Below, one piece after another: positions 26,030 to 36,453 of a stretch of DNA of 64,000 nucleotides. The stretch covers positions 810,499 to 874,498 of the forward strand of contig NW_003314323.1 in assembly GCF_000143415.4 (NCBI RefSeq), in the 5' to 3' direction. This DNA is from Selaginella moellendorffii. Lineage: Eukaryota; Plantae; Lycopodiophyta. A program made the position numbers and the translations under genes. The notes under the pieces are model-generated. The model saw nothing but the letters and a program-made list of their open reading frames with translations. It searched no databases and was not told where the DNA came from. Each line of letters opens with the position of its first letter. The stretch's first letter is position 1.

Positions 26030-27520
26030 CTACAAAATCGCAATCTGCAATAGCAAATGTCTGTGTGTGCTTAGGCTGTGGTGGTGCCAGTTGTTGCTGC
26101 AGATTGCAGTGTAGCTCAGCAAGTTATTGTAGCTCAGTTGGCTGCTGCGGCAAAGGTGGCTGCTCCTCAGCAGGCTGATGTAGCTCTGCTGGTTTCTGAG
26201 GTAGAAATGGTTGCTCCTCAGCAAGCTACTGTGGTGGAGATGGCTGCTCGATAGGCTGTGGCAGTGAAGGTTGGTGTTGCTCGATGGGCTGCAACGGTGG
26301 AGGCTGCTGCTGCTTTGCAAACTGCTGTGGCATGGCATGTTGCTGCTAAGGTTGGTGTTGCTCGGCGGGTTGCTCCTGCTGCATGGGTGGTTTGTGAAGA
26401 GCGATGTGCCCTTGCACAATGGATGGTGGAATTGTAACCGTCTAAGGATTTTTAAGAATATCCTGTGTCGGCTGAAAGGGATTGTCCACCGGAATTGTTG
26501 TCGTTGGAGATGGAGGTGGCGCCGGTTTGTGCAGTGGCAATGGTGGCAAATTCGGCTGCAATGAGCTCGGAGGCTGCAAGTTCTTTGTTGATGGTTGTGT
26601 AGGTGCCAAACTCTACTGCCATTTTATTTTGGAGCTGGAGGTTCTCGTTGGTTGTTGTCCTGTCAACACCTTGTGCTGGACTACTTGCACATCACTGTTG
26701 TCACTGTCAATCTATGGAATCCCAACATTTCTTCGGCCTTGTCCCCATGTCTTTCTTCGTGGAGTTGCTGCTGCCTTTCACTGGACCTTTTTCTTCTCGG
26801 TGTTCATCAAGTTGTCTTCAGCTTGGCACTTTGAACTTTCCGTGGCTCTGTGTTGTAGAGGCAGAGGTGGTGGATTATAGATCACCATGGCTTGACTCCT
26901 ATGCGTGATGATGGCTCGGACATATGGTAGCATCAGCATCCTCACACATCTCCCCGCATTGAGATTTATTGTCACCTTCTTAAGTTCCTTGTGAAACTTC
27001 GGGATCACATATCCTGCTAAATCTACTTTCTTCCCAGCTTGAAGATCCTTGCAAATGGAGGCCACGGATCTGCTCATTATCGTTGCAGTCTTCTGAAACT
27101 CTAGGTTGACAATAAGGAACTTGAAGATCTTGTAGAGCTTGTCTTTGATGTTGGAGAATTGCAAACTAAAAGTTGAGTTGTAGCTCCCAAGATCTTTCAT
27201 GATGTTGTGACTTAAAGCCCGTATGCGTGGAGCAGAGACTTGCTTGCCTTCGGCAGACTTTGGGAAGGAATTCTTTGTTCAACTTGCGATGGTTTTGTTT
27301 GATCTTGGGTGTGTTGGATAGGTCTGGAGCTCCTCTTTCCAGCAAGGTATGGCGCTCATCAAGCTGTGCAGTATTTGAAGAGATACAATGTTTCTTGGCT
27401 CGGTTTAAGGAACAGTTTCGGGTTTTCACTTTTTCGCTTTATTTCTCTTTGTCACTGGCATTTTGGGCAACTTTGAGCAACTTGAGCACTAGCCTACAGT
27501 CTTCTTGCTCCTGTCAACCT
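26030..27520 (-). pseudogene. decayed ORF of unknown function with a Gln/Pro-rich C-terminal part, antisense to the adjacent gag
   Basis: Fragmented minus-strand ORFs (26778-27200, 27166-27429) and a CAG/CCA-rich low-complexity tract at 26070-26420. Confidence 0.3.
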
Positions 27521-27729
27521 AGTTGCCTTGACCAGGCATTTGCAGTGTTTAGGGTATTTGATGCCGGCACAAACTAAACATGCGATAAATTGGCACCCTT
27601 TTACCATACCTCAAGGCCCTAAGGTATAGAGTAAACTTTTTAACATCCAAAAGCAACTTAGGTATGACACAACACCTTCTCTGACCGAGTCCTCTTCATC
27701 CTCAATAGATTCTAGTGACTTAGATCTAT

Positions 27730-29530
27730 GAGCTATGGCGCAGCCACCTTTAGCTTGACCTCAGCTCCATGTTTTGCAAAGAGGGAGTGATCTACCGACC
27801 TTCTCAAGTGTTGGAATAGTCTCTCGAGCATCGCATATCAGTCGTTTTGATTACTACTACACCACAAACATGATCATTGACGATGATCGTATGTGCCCTA
27901 ACTTCTTGTAGTCTCTCGAAGGCAAAGCAGCAACTTGGGCAGATTCTCTCTTCCCAGAGGACTAGACAGACTTCCAGACACTACTTGCTTCTTTCAAGGA
28001 ACGTTTCGTTGAAGAAAAACCCACAAATCGGCTACTTGTCGACCTCTTTTTGTTCCGGTAAGGTGCTCACAAGTTTTTTTCTGACTATATCACTCAGTTT
28101 CGAGCATACTGGAAGCAGTGTTAGGATCATAGAGTGGTCCAAGATGAGCAACAAGGGATCACGGCATTCACAGCAGGTCTACATGGGGACTTGCAACGGA
28201 AACTTCTTAAGAAGACATTCAAGTCTTGCCGCGAGGCATTTTCCTTTGCCACGAAGCTGGAAAGAGAGTTCCTTGTCGACCTGGGGATTTCTAGAGTTGA
28301 TTTTGACCAAGCCATCACCCCATCAGAGTCACCTTGTGTAGCTGTTCGCCTGCCCACAACAAAGGCCATCACTATTAAGCATACACCTCTGGCTATTGAG
28401 AACTTTGCCAACGAGATGTGGCAGTTGAAGGAGATCATTCTTTAGCAACAATCACACCATGACAAACTGCTCCAGAAGCTGGTGGAGTCCAGGAAAGAGG
28501 CCACTACATTTCGGGAATGCAGATTTAAGTCCCATTGGTGCACTCACTGCGAGACGAACATACACAACACGCAGCATTGCTTCAAGCTTCACCTAGAACT
28601 TCGGCCTCCATCTTCTCAATGTGTCCAACAACATCCTTTCGCTGATAATTCCACATCATCTCAGAGTCCAGAGACATATCAAGAGCAGTTGGAGCGACAA
28701 GCAATTGAGGCAGCCCCTTTGTCAAGCAAAGGCAAGGCACCAGCCCATTGGTCAACACAATTTTGGTAGCTGAGGAACTCTATAGACAACAGCAGCAAAC
28801 TGCAGCTAGTTGAGCCCAAGCGAAGAAGAAGGCAGCCGCTCAGTCTCCCATAGATCCCCCGATGTCGGTTGAGAGTGAATCTCTATTGGCACCAGATCCA
28901 GTGACACAAATCCCCTTGTAAGCTCCCCTTCAAGTCATTACTCTCTTCTCCTTTTGAGATCTCACCAACAGCTATTCTTGTTCTGGAGCTAGTTCTTCAA
29001 TAGCTGGTTGACACTCCCATCACCTTTTCACTCCAAGACATGTTATGTCTTGTCCCGAGATTTGGCCAGCATTTAGAGGAGTTTGCATGGTCAAGAACAC
29101 TAGAGAGCACTCTCAAGAGGACTCCTCAAGAGGTGCATATTGTCGACATGATAAAATATGGTGGAGATCCTAGTCCATTCTTCGTCTCAGTGTAGATTAG
29201 TACTTCCTCTTGTAGGGTGGATGCTTTGGTTGACTCCGGTTTTGGAAGTAACATTATCTCTCTCAAAGTGGCCCTTTCAGCACAACTACAGATCACTGAG
29301 AGCTCCTCCATTATGCTCAAGACCTTCGCCAACCACGCTATTCCTCCAACGGGCATTTGCTGTGGTGTCAAGGTCTCAGTGTAAGATGTTATTTCTGAGG
29401 TGGATTTCCTCGTGGTTGACTACCAATGTCTTGGAACGTCCTCTTTGAAGGACTCTATCATCCTTGGCTGCTCATGGCAAGTCACAGCCCATTGCACCAT
29501 TGACAGTACACAAGGCAAAACACTTGCTTA
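27730..29530 (+). pseudogene. Ty3/gypsy gag-protease remnant
   Basis: Retrotransposon gag-like FKERF segment, zinc knuckle CTHCETNIHNTQHC and protease-like ALVDSG near 29225; many stops. Confidence 0.7.
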
Positions 29531-29629
29531 TCATTTTACACACTATCATACACTAGGTATTACATCAATTGTTGAAACTATGACAATAATGTCAAGTCCA
29601 TTTTTAAAGAAGCATTTTGAATTGAATCA

Positions 29630-30020
29630 GGAAAAAGACAACGATGGTTGTAGTGAGTGAAACTTTGTAAGGTGCACCCACTAAACCCTAAACCCTAAAC
29701 CTAGGGTTAAATAGCTGAGTCTAAAAATGGATGACGTAGTGTGCGAACCACTAAATCCTAAACCCTAAACCTAGGGTTAAACAGTTGAGTCTGGAAAAGG
29801 ATGACGGTAGTTGTAGTGTGGAACACTTTGCAAGGTGCAGCCACTAAACCCTAAACCCTAAACCTAGATTATTTAGACAAAAATAGTTCGATAATTGTAG
29901 TGTGCGATACTTTGTAATGTGCACCTACTAAGCCCTAAACCCTAAACCTAGGCTGTTCAGACAGAGACAAATGATTCTGGAAAAAGATGACGATAATTGT
30001 AGTGTGTGACATTTTGTACT
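29630..30020. repeat. minisatellite of ~70-95-bp units, each containing plant telomere motifs (CTAAACCCTAAACCCTAAACCTAG)
   Basis: Four telomere-motif blocks near 29681, 29751, 29844 and 29928, separated by conserved GATGACG/TGTAGTGTG spacers. Confidence 0.8.
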
Positions 30021-30189
30021 TGTCAATGATTTTGAATACTCTCTACTTTAAATGTGATATGATAATAAGCTTTCAACAATGTGGTTTTTCTGTGAACCAA
30101 GGTACAACTACTCTAGACCTTCCCAACTAAAATCAAGTTCTCAGCAGAACCTACTTTCTTTTTAAAAAAAAAAATTAATTTTCAAATTT

Positions 30190-30580
30190 GTTGACGTGGT
30201 GAAGTAGCGACATGGATGGACTGATGACATGTCACTAACGTGGAAGGACTGATGATGTGTCACTGACATGGAAGGACCAATGACATGTCCCTGACATTGC
30301 AATGCCACCTTGCACAGAAACTTGGCAAATACTAGGTGTGCCACTTGTTAACATCTGAGTCCACCTTGACCACACTCCTTGGGATGAGGAACTCTACAAA
30401 ACCCACTTTTTTTCCTTGAAGCTTCCCACTTTTCAGACTTATTGATGTGTCAAGAGTCTGTCAGGTTGCTGATGTGACATGAAAAAGATGTGCTGATGTG
30501 TCTAAAGTCTGTCAGTTGACATGCTGATGTGGCACAGAAAACATTTGCTGACATGTCAGGAGTCTATCAGTTGACATGCA
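30190..30580. repeat. cluster of TGACATGTCA/CTGATGTG motifs, like DNA-transposon subterminal repeats
   Basis: About ten copies of TGACATG/TGATGTG within ~400 bp. Confidence 0.45.
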
Positions 30581-31849
30581 TCCAACTCAAAGTGGAACGA
30601 GGGACACATTACAGACCTTGCATCACATGAGAACAACACACTGCTCTTTGGAACAGGTGGAAGACATATTCCATATCCTCTACCAGTGTCCCCATTACCA
30701 GCATCTCATCAGTCTTCTTTGGCATGAGCAAGCCCAGAGCGTCCATGCTCAATGATTGTTAACACGTGCCACGTCCGTACGGCACGTCTCTCTCTCCTCG
30801 AGCACCTCGAGCCCTGTGATCCTCTCCATCAGCTGCCAGTTACTTGCTTCTCCAGGCTTGCCTTTGCGCTTCCAAACTCTGCCATCCTCTTCTTGACGTG
30901 CTCCTGGCCGAGAGCTCCACCTCGTGCAGCAGATTCGACTCCGTCAGCCATTATCCCCTGGGGCTCCTGTCCGAACACTTCCCTCATTCCACCAGATGAC
31001 AGAGAACGTCTAGCATAGTCTGCCTTATAGTCTCCGCAGCCATCTGAAACTCCGGTCACAAGCAGCTTCAGCTATATTGTCTTCTTGCCATCTTGCAGCC
31101 ATCTGGCACTGGTTTACGTCGTTCCTCACTACTATCATGGACAGCCTTACCGGATCCAACTTCTGGATTTGACTCTTGAGAGTTGGCTTTTCCGATGCTA
31201 GAGTCCGAGCACTGGCCTCCAGTTGACCAATCCTTGCAGCCAACTTCTCGAGCTAGGAACCAGCTTCATTTCTCGTTTCTTCGACGTGCTTAGAACAGTT
31301 TGCTCATGTTCTCTTCTCAGGTAAACCCAGGGTCTAGTCGTGTTAGAGTTCGCTCCAGCCCGGCCGATCATCTTCTCGCCATCATGGTTCCGACAAAACA
31401 AACACTCATCGTTCACTCCAGCTCTCTACAACAAACACGTTATTAGCTAACGGCCATCTGGAATCTGGAAGGTATATCAAACTTACCTGTCTCCTCTTGA
31501 ATTCGGCAACAAAATCTCTCCCCGCACGATCATATAGTCCTTTTGCCTCCTTCGCGAAGACCACCTCGCCGGACTGAAGCTTCTTCCACGGTTTCCTCTC
31601 ACTCGGGATCCTATCCAGCATTTTCTGGAGCCTCATCATCTTCCGCGCTCGCTTGATCCTCTCTCAGTCGCTGGATTTGCCGTTGAGCCCCTCGTAAAGC
31701 TGCTCGGTGAGTCTGATCAGAATCCGGAGCGCGCTAACACTCCAAGACTTTTCCTCGTACTTCTCCTCTTCTGTTTCCTCGCGCTTTTCCTCTTCCAAGC
31801 TGCGGATCTTCTTCTCGGTTTTTCCCCTGTGGTTTAGCGACCGGTTTGC

Positions 31850-32270
31850 CTTGTGGAAAGCTTCGAGATACGTGAACTCAACATATCCCCCTCGGCCATC
31901 GCTAAGATGGGTTTCACTGCGATTTGGGAGAAGATCCACCACACCTCCGCAACATCCACAATCTGGGCATACACATCGATGATCGGGATTGTGGGCATTT
32001 GCGCAAGGCAAAGATCCTCCTCTCCATGGCGAGTGAGAGCAACGCAGTGTCCTGGAACACCATCCTCACGAGCTACATCCAATTCGGCCATCTTGGCTCC
32101 GATCGCGATCTTCCGCGCCATGCCGGATCCAAATCTAGTCTCCTGGACAGTAGTGATCACTGGCATCGCCCACAATCCCGAGTTGCATTGATCGGCATTG
32201 GATTTTCTCCGCAAGCCCTAGTAAGAGGGCTGGAACTCCAGCAAGATCTGCTACAGAACACATGCATGTG
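31850..32270 (+). pseudogene. PLS-class PPR gene fragment
   Basis: Frameshifted motifs GHLRKAKILLSMASESNAVSWNTILTSYIQFGHL and AIFRAMPDPNLVSWTVVITGIAHN. Confidence 0.65.
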
Positions 32271-32703
32271 ACACGCGTAGCTGCGCCTTCCTCTCCTGCC
32301 CCACGCGGCTTGGCCGCTTCCCATTGGCCGGGAGCAAACATCAGCGCAATTATTCGCTAACACGTGGTTAAAGAAATAACCCTTTTACAGTTACCCCCCA
32401 TCGGACGGCTGCGATTAGTTGGATCCGGCGGCCCAGAAAGTTCGGCAACTCCTCCTTATTGTGATAGATGATTGTGGACCATGCTCATGGGCTCTAGAAA
32501 GTCCAACAACAATCCTTCAAAACTCTTTTCATGCCCTTCATTGACGTTTTGACTTAGACAATAGAAGGATCGGCCTTGAGGGCCAGCAGAGTCTAGTCCC
32601 CATGTAACAAAACCGATACTTTCTCTTTCTGCTCAAGAAGCCATAACGCAGGAGCCAAGATCTTTCTAAGCCTGTTCAAGACTAGCCGAGGTATTTCCTT
32701 AAA

Positions 32704-33156
32704 ATGCATTTGAGCGAATCATCTTCCAGTTCTCGCGGCCCCAACTCCAGCGACGATGACAATCGCACCATGAGCAGCGGTAACATCCACTTCTTTACTC
32801 GCTCCTCTCGTGAAGCCAGATGGCGTCGACGGGATTGACACCAGATTGCCCAGCAGCTCCACGAGCTCCGGGACGACGATGGCACACAACCTGGAAAGGG
32901 ATTGATTCTCCTGCTCCCGAAAATCAATCAGCGCTTCTGGCGTGGGTCTTGCAAGACGCCAGCTCTGGGCGCTGCGTCTCGCAAAAACCACGTCAGCACG
33001 ATCTTTGCGATGAATGACTTGAATTGCAAAGCTCACGTATGGTTCGGTCGGGAATCCGGCACGACCCCACTGCACCCCATACACTTTGCTCACTTGCTTG
33101 CCTTCTTGATTCAGCGCAGCAGCGAAGGGCCAACTACATTCACTATTCTTGCCTAA
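32704..33156 (+). pseudogene. pseudogenised tandem paralog of the B3 gene's N-terminus, possibly with an AP2 remnant
   Basis: MHLSESSSSSRGPNSSDDDNRTMSSGNIHFFTRS matches MTSESSSSSQRPRGAASSDDDDDDRTISSGAIDFFARS. AGCAGCTCCACGAGCTCCGGGACG and the upstream CCATAACGCAGG are shared. Early stop codon. Confidence 0.7.
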
Positions 33157-33728
33157 AGAACCATCTCTTGGCTCCAAAACTCTTTTCTTTTCCCCAGCCC
33201 GACTAACCATTCCAAGTGATGAAGTCCTCCTTAGTGGCAGAAACAATAGCAGATCGGCAACAAATCTTTCTTGCTAGAATCTGATCCACTCTTAGAAGAT
33301 CTCCTGCCCATCTAAAAACAAGAAAACCAGCTAAAATCAACGATCACAAACTCTACCAAATATCACCACTAAGCCTTCATCACCCAAGTCAATGCGTGTC
33401 AAAATCTCTATTGGAAAACAAAAACAATTTCACAGCTGCATCGCTACATACTCTTAACAAAAAATTCAAATCTTCCATGTTTCAGCTCAAAACTAACCAT
33501 GTGGTGCTCTTTCATTCCAACACACCAGTTGGTTGGTGCAAACTTGTTTGTCTAGAAATTGCATTCTTGCATGCGGCATTGGTTGGAGTTTATTCGTCCA
33601 AAACAAAATGAAAATTGCAAGTTACCTTCTCCTCTCTAGAGCTCATTCAGACTCTTTGGAGTGTGTCCTTGAGCCAAGTAAAAACGAAAGAACAAGAAAG
33701 CAAGTCACACAGACACACACACAGAGAC

Positions 33729-33732
<4 letters not shown>

Positions 33733-33776
<44 letters not shown>
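33733..33776. repeat. (GA)n microsatellite
   Basis: direct observation. Confidence 0.95.
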
Positions 33777-33778
<2 letters not shown>

Positions 33779-34384
33779 CTTAGAACCACCACATTCACCA
33801 AAGCTAGACATCAAAACACAGTATAATGCTCCATGGTGATCGATCCTTGCTGAAATCCTCACGAACAAGAGCAATCTAGGCTTGAAAGAAGGTTCAATTG
33901 TTCCTCGCCACCCTCAACACCTCACAACGGTCGTGACGTGATGGTCTTGAGGAGTGCTGTAAACATACTCACCTGTGGTATGGTACGTCCCTAGACTTTG
34001 CAAGGCCCGCAAACTCGACAAATATTTGGTCGTCACGTAGGCATGCCATTCATATTCACACAGCCTACATTCCACACGCTCTTCAGAGGTTTTCCCGTGG
34101 ACAACACCAGAAGCAAGCCAAGACCTGTGACTCTCGACGCTCGTCACCAGCTCATGCAGCCATAACGCAGGCCTCCCGATAAACCGGTTCAAGAAAAAGG
34201 TGGCTAGCAAAGTATCAAGCTACATCAGACTTAAGATACTTTCTAAAAATATCTGCCCAAATAGCTTTGACCCGGGCATATTCATCAGGAATGCCCCGCC
34301 ATACATGGCTTTTTGCAGTGGCTTTTTCTTAAAGAGCAAAAATACATTTCTTCATTCCATTTAGTCATTTCGCTGCCCGGAGGT

Positions 34385-35092
34385 ATGACGAGTGAATCGT
34401 CTTCCAGCTCTCAACGGCCCCGCGGCGCCGCCTCCAGCGACGACGACGACGACGATCGCACCATCAGCAGCGGGGCAATCGATTTCTTTGCCCGCTCGGC
34501 TACGCACGGCAAGCGCGCAAAGATTGCAGGCGATCGGGACGATGGCGGCGACGGCATCGATTTGAGGCTGCTGCTAGCGCCTCCTAGTCTGCAGGGGAGC
34601 AGCTCCACGAGCTCCGGGACGTCGATCGCGCACAGTGTTTTCAGCCAGGAAAGGGATCCCGGGAGGAAGGAGGCCCTCGCGCACAATAGTTTCAGCGATC
34701 CCGGCGCGTCTAATCACGCAAGAAGCGCGGATAACTTCCTGTTCTCCAAGCTCCTGACGAACAGCGATGTCAACAAGCTCAATCGCCTGGTCATCCACAA
34801 GAGGCACGCGCGCGAGTGTTTCCCCAAGCTCAGCGAGGCGGCCAAGCCCGGAAATCCGGATTCCTCCATCCCCGATCCCAACGAGACGGTGCTCTTCTTC
34901 CACGATCACGAATCCGAACAGTGGGCATTCAACTTCAAGTACTGGGGGAGCAGCAAGACGTACGTGTTTAGCAAGGGATGGATCCAGTACGTGAAGCGCT
35001 ACAATCTCGCCTGTGGAGACGAGGTCTCCTTCTTCCGGGAGGAGCCATCCGGGAAGCTAAAGATCAGGCACAGGAAGCTCTCTTCTTCTTAA
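34385..35092 (+). CDS. B3 DNA-binding domain protein, RAV/NGATHA-like, intronless, 235 aa
   Basis: LFSKLLTNSDVNKLNRLVI...WAFNFKYWGSSKTYVFSKGWIQYVKRYNLACGDEVSF matches the RAV-type B3 consensus. Confidence 0.88.
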   Translation: MTSESSSSSQRPRGAASSDDDDDDRTISSGAIDFFARSATHGKRAKIAGDRDDGGDGIDLRLLLAPPSLQGSSSTSSGTSIAHSVFSQERDPGRKEALAHNSFSDPGASNHARSADNFLFSKLLTNSDVNKLNRLVIHKRHARECFPKLSEAAKPGNPDSSIPDPNETVLFFHDHESEQWAFNFKYWGSSKTYVFSKGWIQYVKRYNLACGDEVSFFREEPSGKLKIRHRKLSSS

Positions 35093-35106
35093 GGTAGAGC
35101 ATTTTT

Positions 35107-35121
35107 TAGGGTTTAGGGTTT
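35107..35121. promoter_or_regulatory. tandem telo-boxes just upstream of Gemin2
   Basis: TAGGGTTTAGGGTTT ends a few nt before the ATG at 35126. Confidence 0.55.
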
Positions 35122-35125
35122 TCCG

Positions 35126-36453
35126 ATGGACGAGACAGCTCGCGGAGGCGATGATCTCCTCTCTGGCGGCGGCGGCGGCACCGTTCGCGATGATCCAGGT
35201 GACGTAGCGGCTAGCGAATCCAGGCAGGTGAATGGTTTCTTGGCCAGTGCAAAGGCGGCTCTATCTCCCGCTTGCGCTTCTCGACCGGTGGTCAGGTACC
35301 GGAGAGGCGAGCTCTTGAAGCTGAGGTTCTCCGACGAGCGATCTTGCGAGAAATGGCTGCAAATTTGCGAAGGACTTGGCGATGTAGCTTTGGAGCTTGA
35401 TAGTATCTTCACTCACAACGATCAGGAGCACTTCGATTGGAGGGATAGCCACACCTTGCAATCAGGTAAAGTTCTCGATGATCTTTATCCCTGTCTAGTT
35501 TTTCACTTTTCTTTTGCCGCAGCTGAGAAAAGTGAGGATGACGTGAACCTGGAGGAAGTGGAGTATTACTCTGATAGCAGCGAAGGTGAAGGCCTCCGAA
35601 AGCCAGCATTATACGTGGAAGGGGAGCCGGATTTCGACTCGGGACCTCCTCAAGACGGCTTCGAGTTTTTGCGTCGTGTGAGGTACGCATCGAGTGTCTC
35701 TCTTCTCGTGTTTTTCCTCATTGTTTGGAACTATTCTTGCTGAAAGGTGGGAGGAGGCACGGTGTGAGCGGGTTAAGGTGGCGGCTGTGGCTGCAAGTAA
35801 GCTTTGCTGCGAACAAACAGCGTACATGCCAGATATTCCCCCGATTGCACACTGTGACCCGGAGTTACTGCCATTAAGGAGCTGGGAAACCGAGTTTGTT
35901 TCGGACTTCTCCAAACTACGGCTGGTAAAAACACTTCTATCCACGCTTTTTCCTTTGATGTTTCTAAAGTGTTTGCTTGTTTTAGAAACTACTGTCGGAC
36001 ATTCCTTCCGGTGAGGCCTGCTGTCAGAAAAAACTCCCGCACTTCAGGGACAGAGATGCCTGGAGAGTTTACTGCTTCGGGACTGAAAGCAGAAGCTCGG
36101 ACAACGATAACGGGGAGACTAGTGATTACGAACAAGAGCACACCGGCCAGCTGCCGTCTCTGAGTACTCTCCTCAGCATGGACGAGGTGTCCCGTGCAAC
36201 TCTCTTGCGCCATCACATCTCGTGGCTCGACGACCTGGAGAACTTGGCGGAGGAGCGTGCGTTATGGCTCTACGCTCTTTCGGCGGTGGTGGACGAGCCC
36301 CTGGACCTGGACACGAGTGCCGCTGTCCGGGAACTACTAAGGAAGTGCGCTCTCATCAGGGCCTCGAGGAACTTCCGTGGAGAGCGAGAGCTTGAGATGC
36401 TCAACATCATAATTACGATAGCAGGGAACTATTTCGGCCAGGCTGACAGGTGA
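35126..36453 (+). CDS. GEMIN2: Gem-associated protein 2 (SMN-interacting protein SIP1); exons 35126-35465, 35523-35682, 35747-35924, 35986-36453
   Basis: GEPDFDSGPPQDGFEFLRRVRWE, WLYALSAVVDEPL and LNIIITIAGNYFGQ; three short GT-AG introns keep the frame. Confidence 0.9.
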
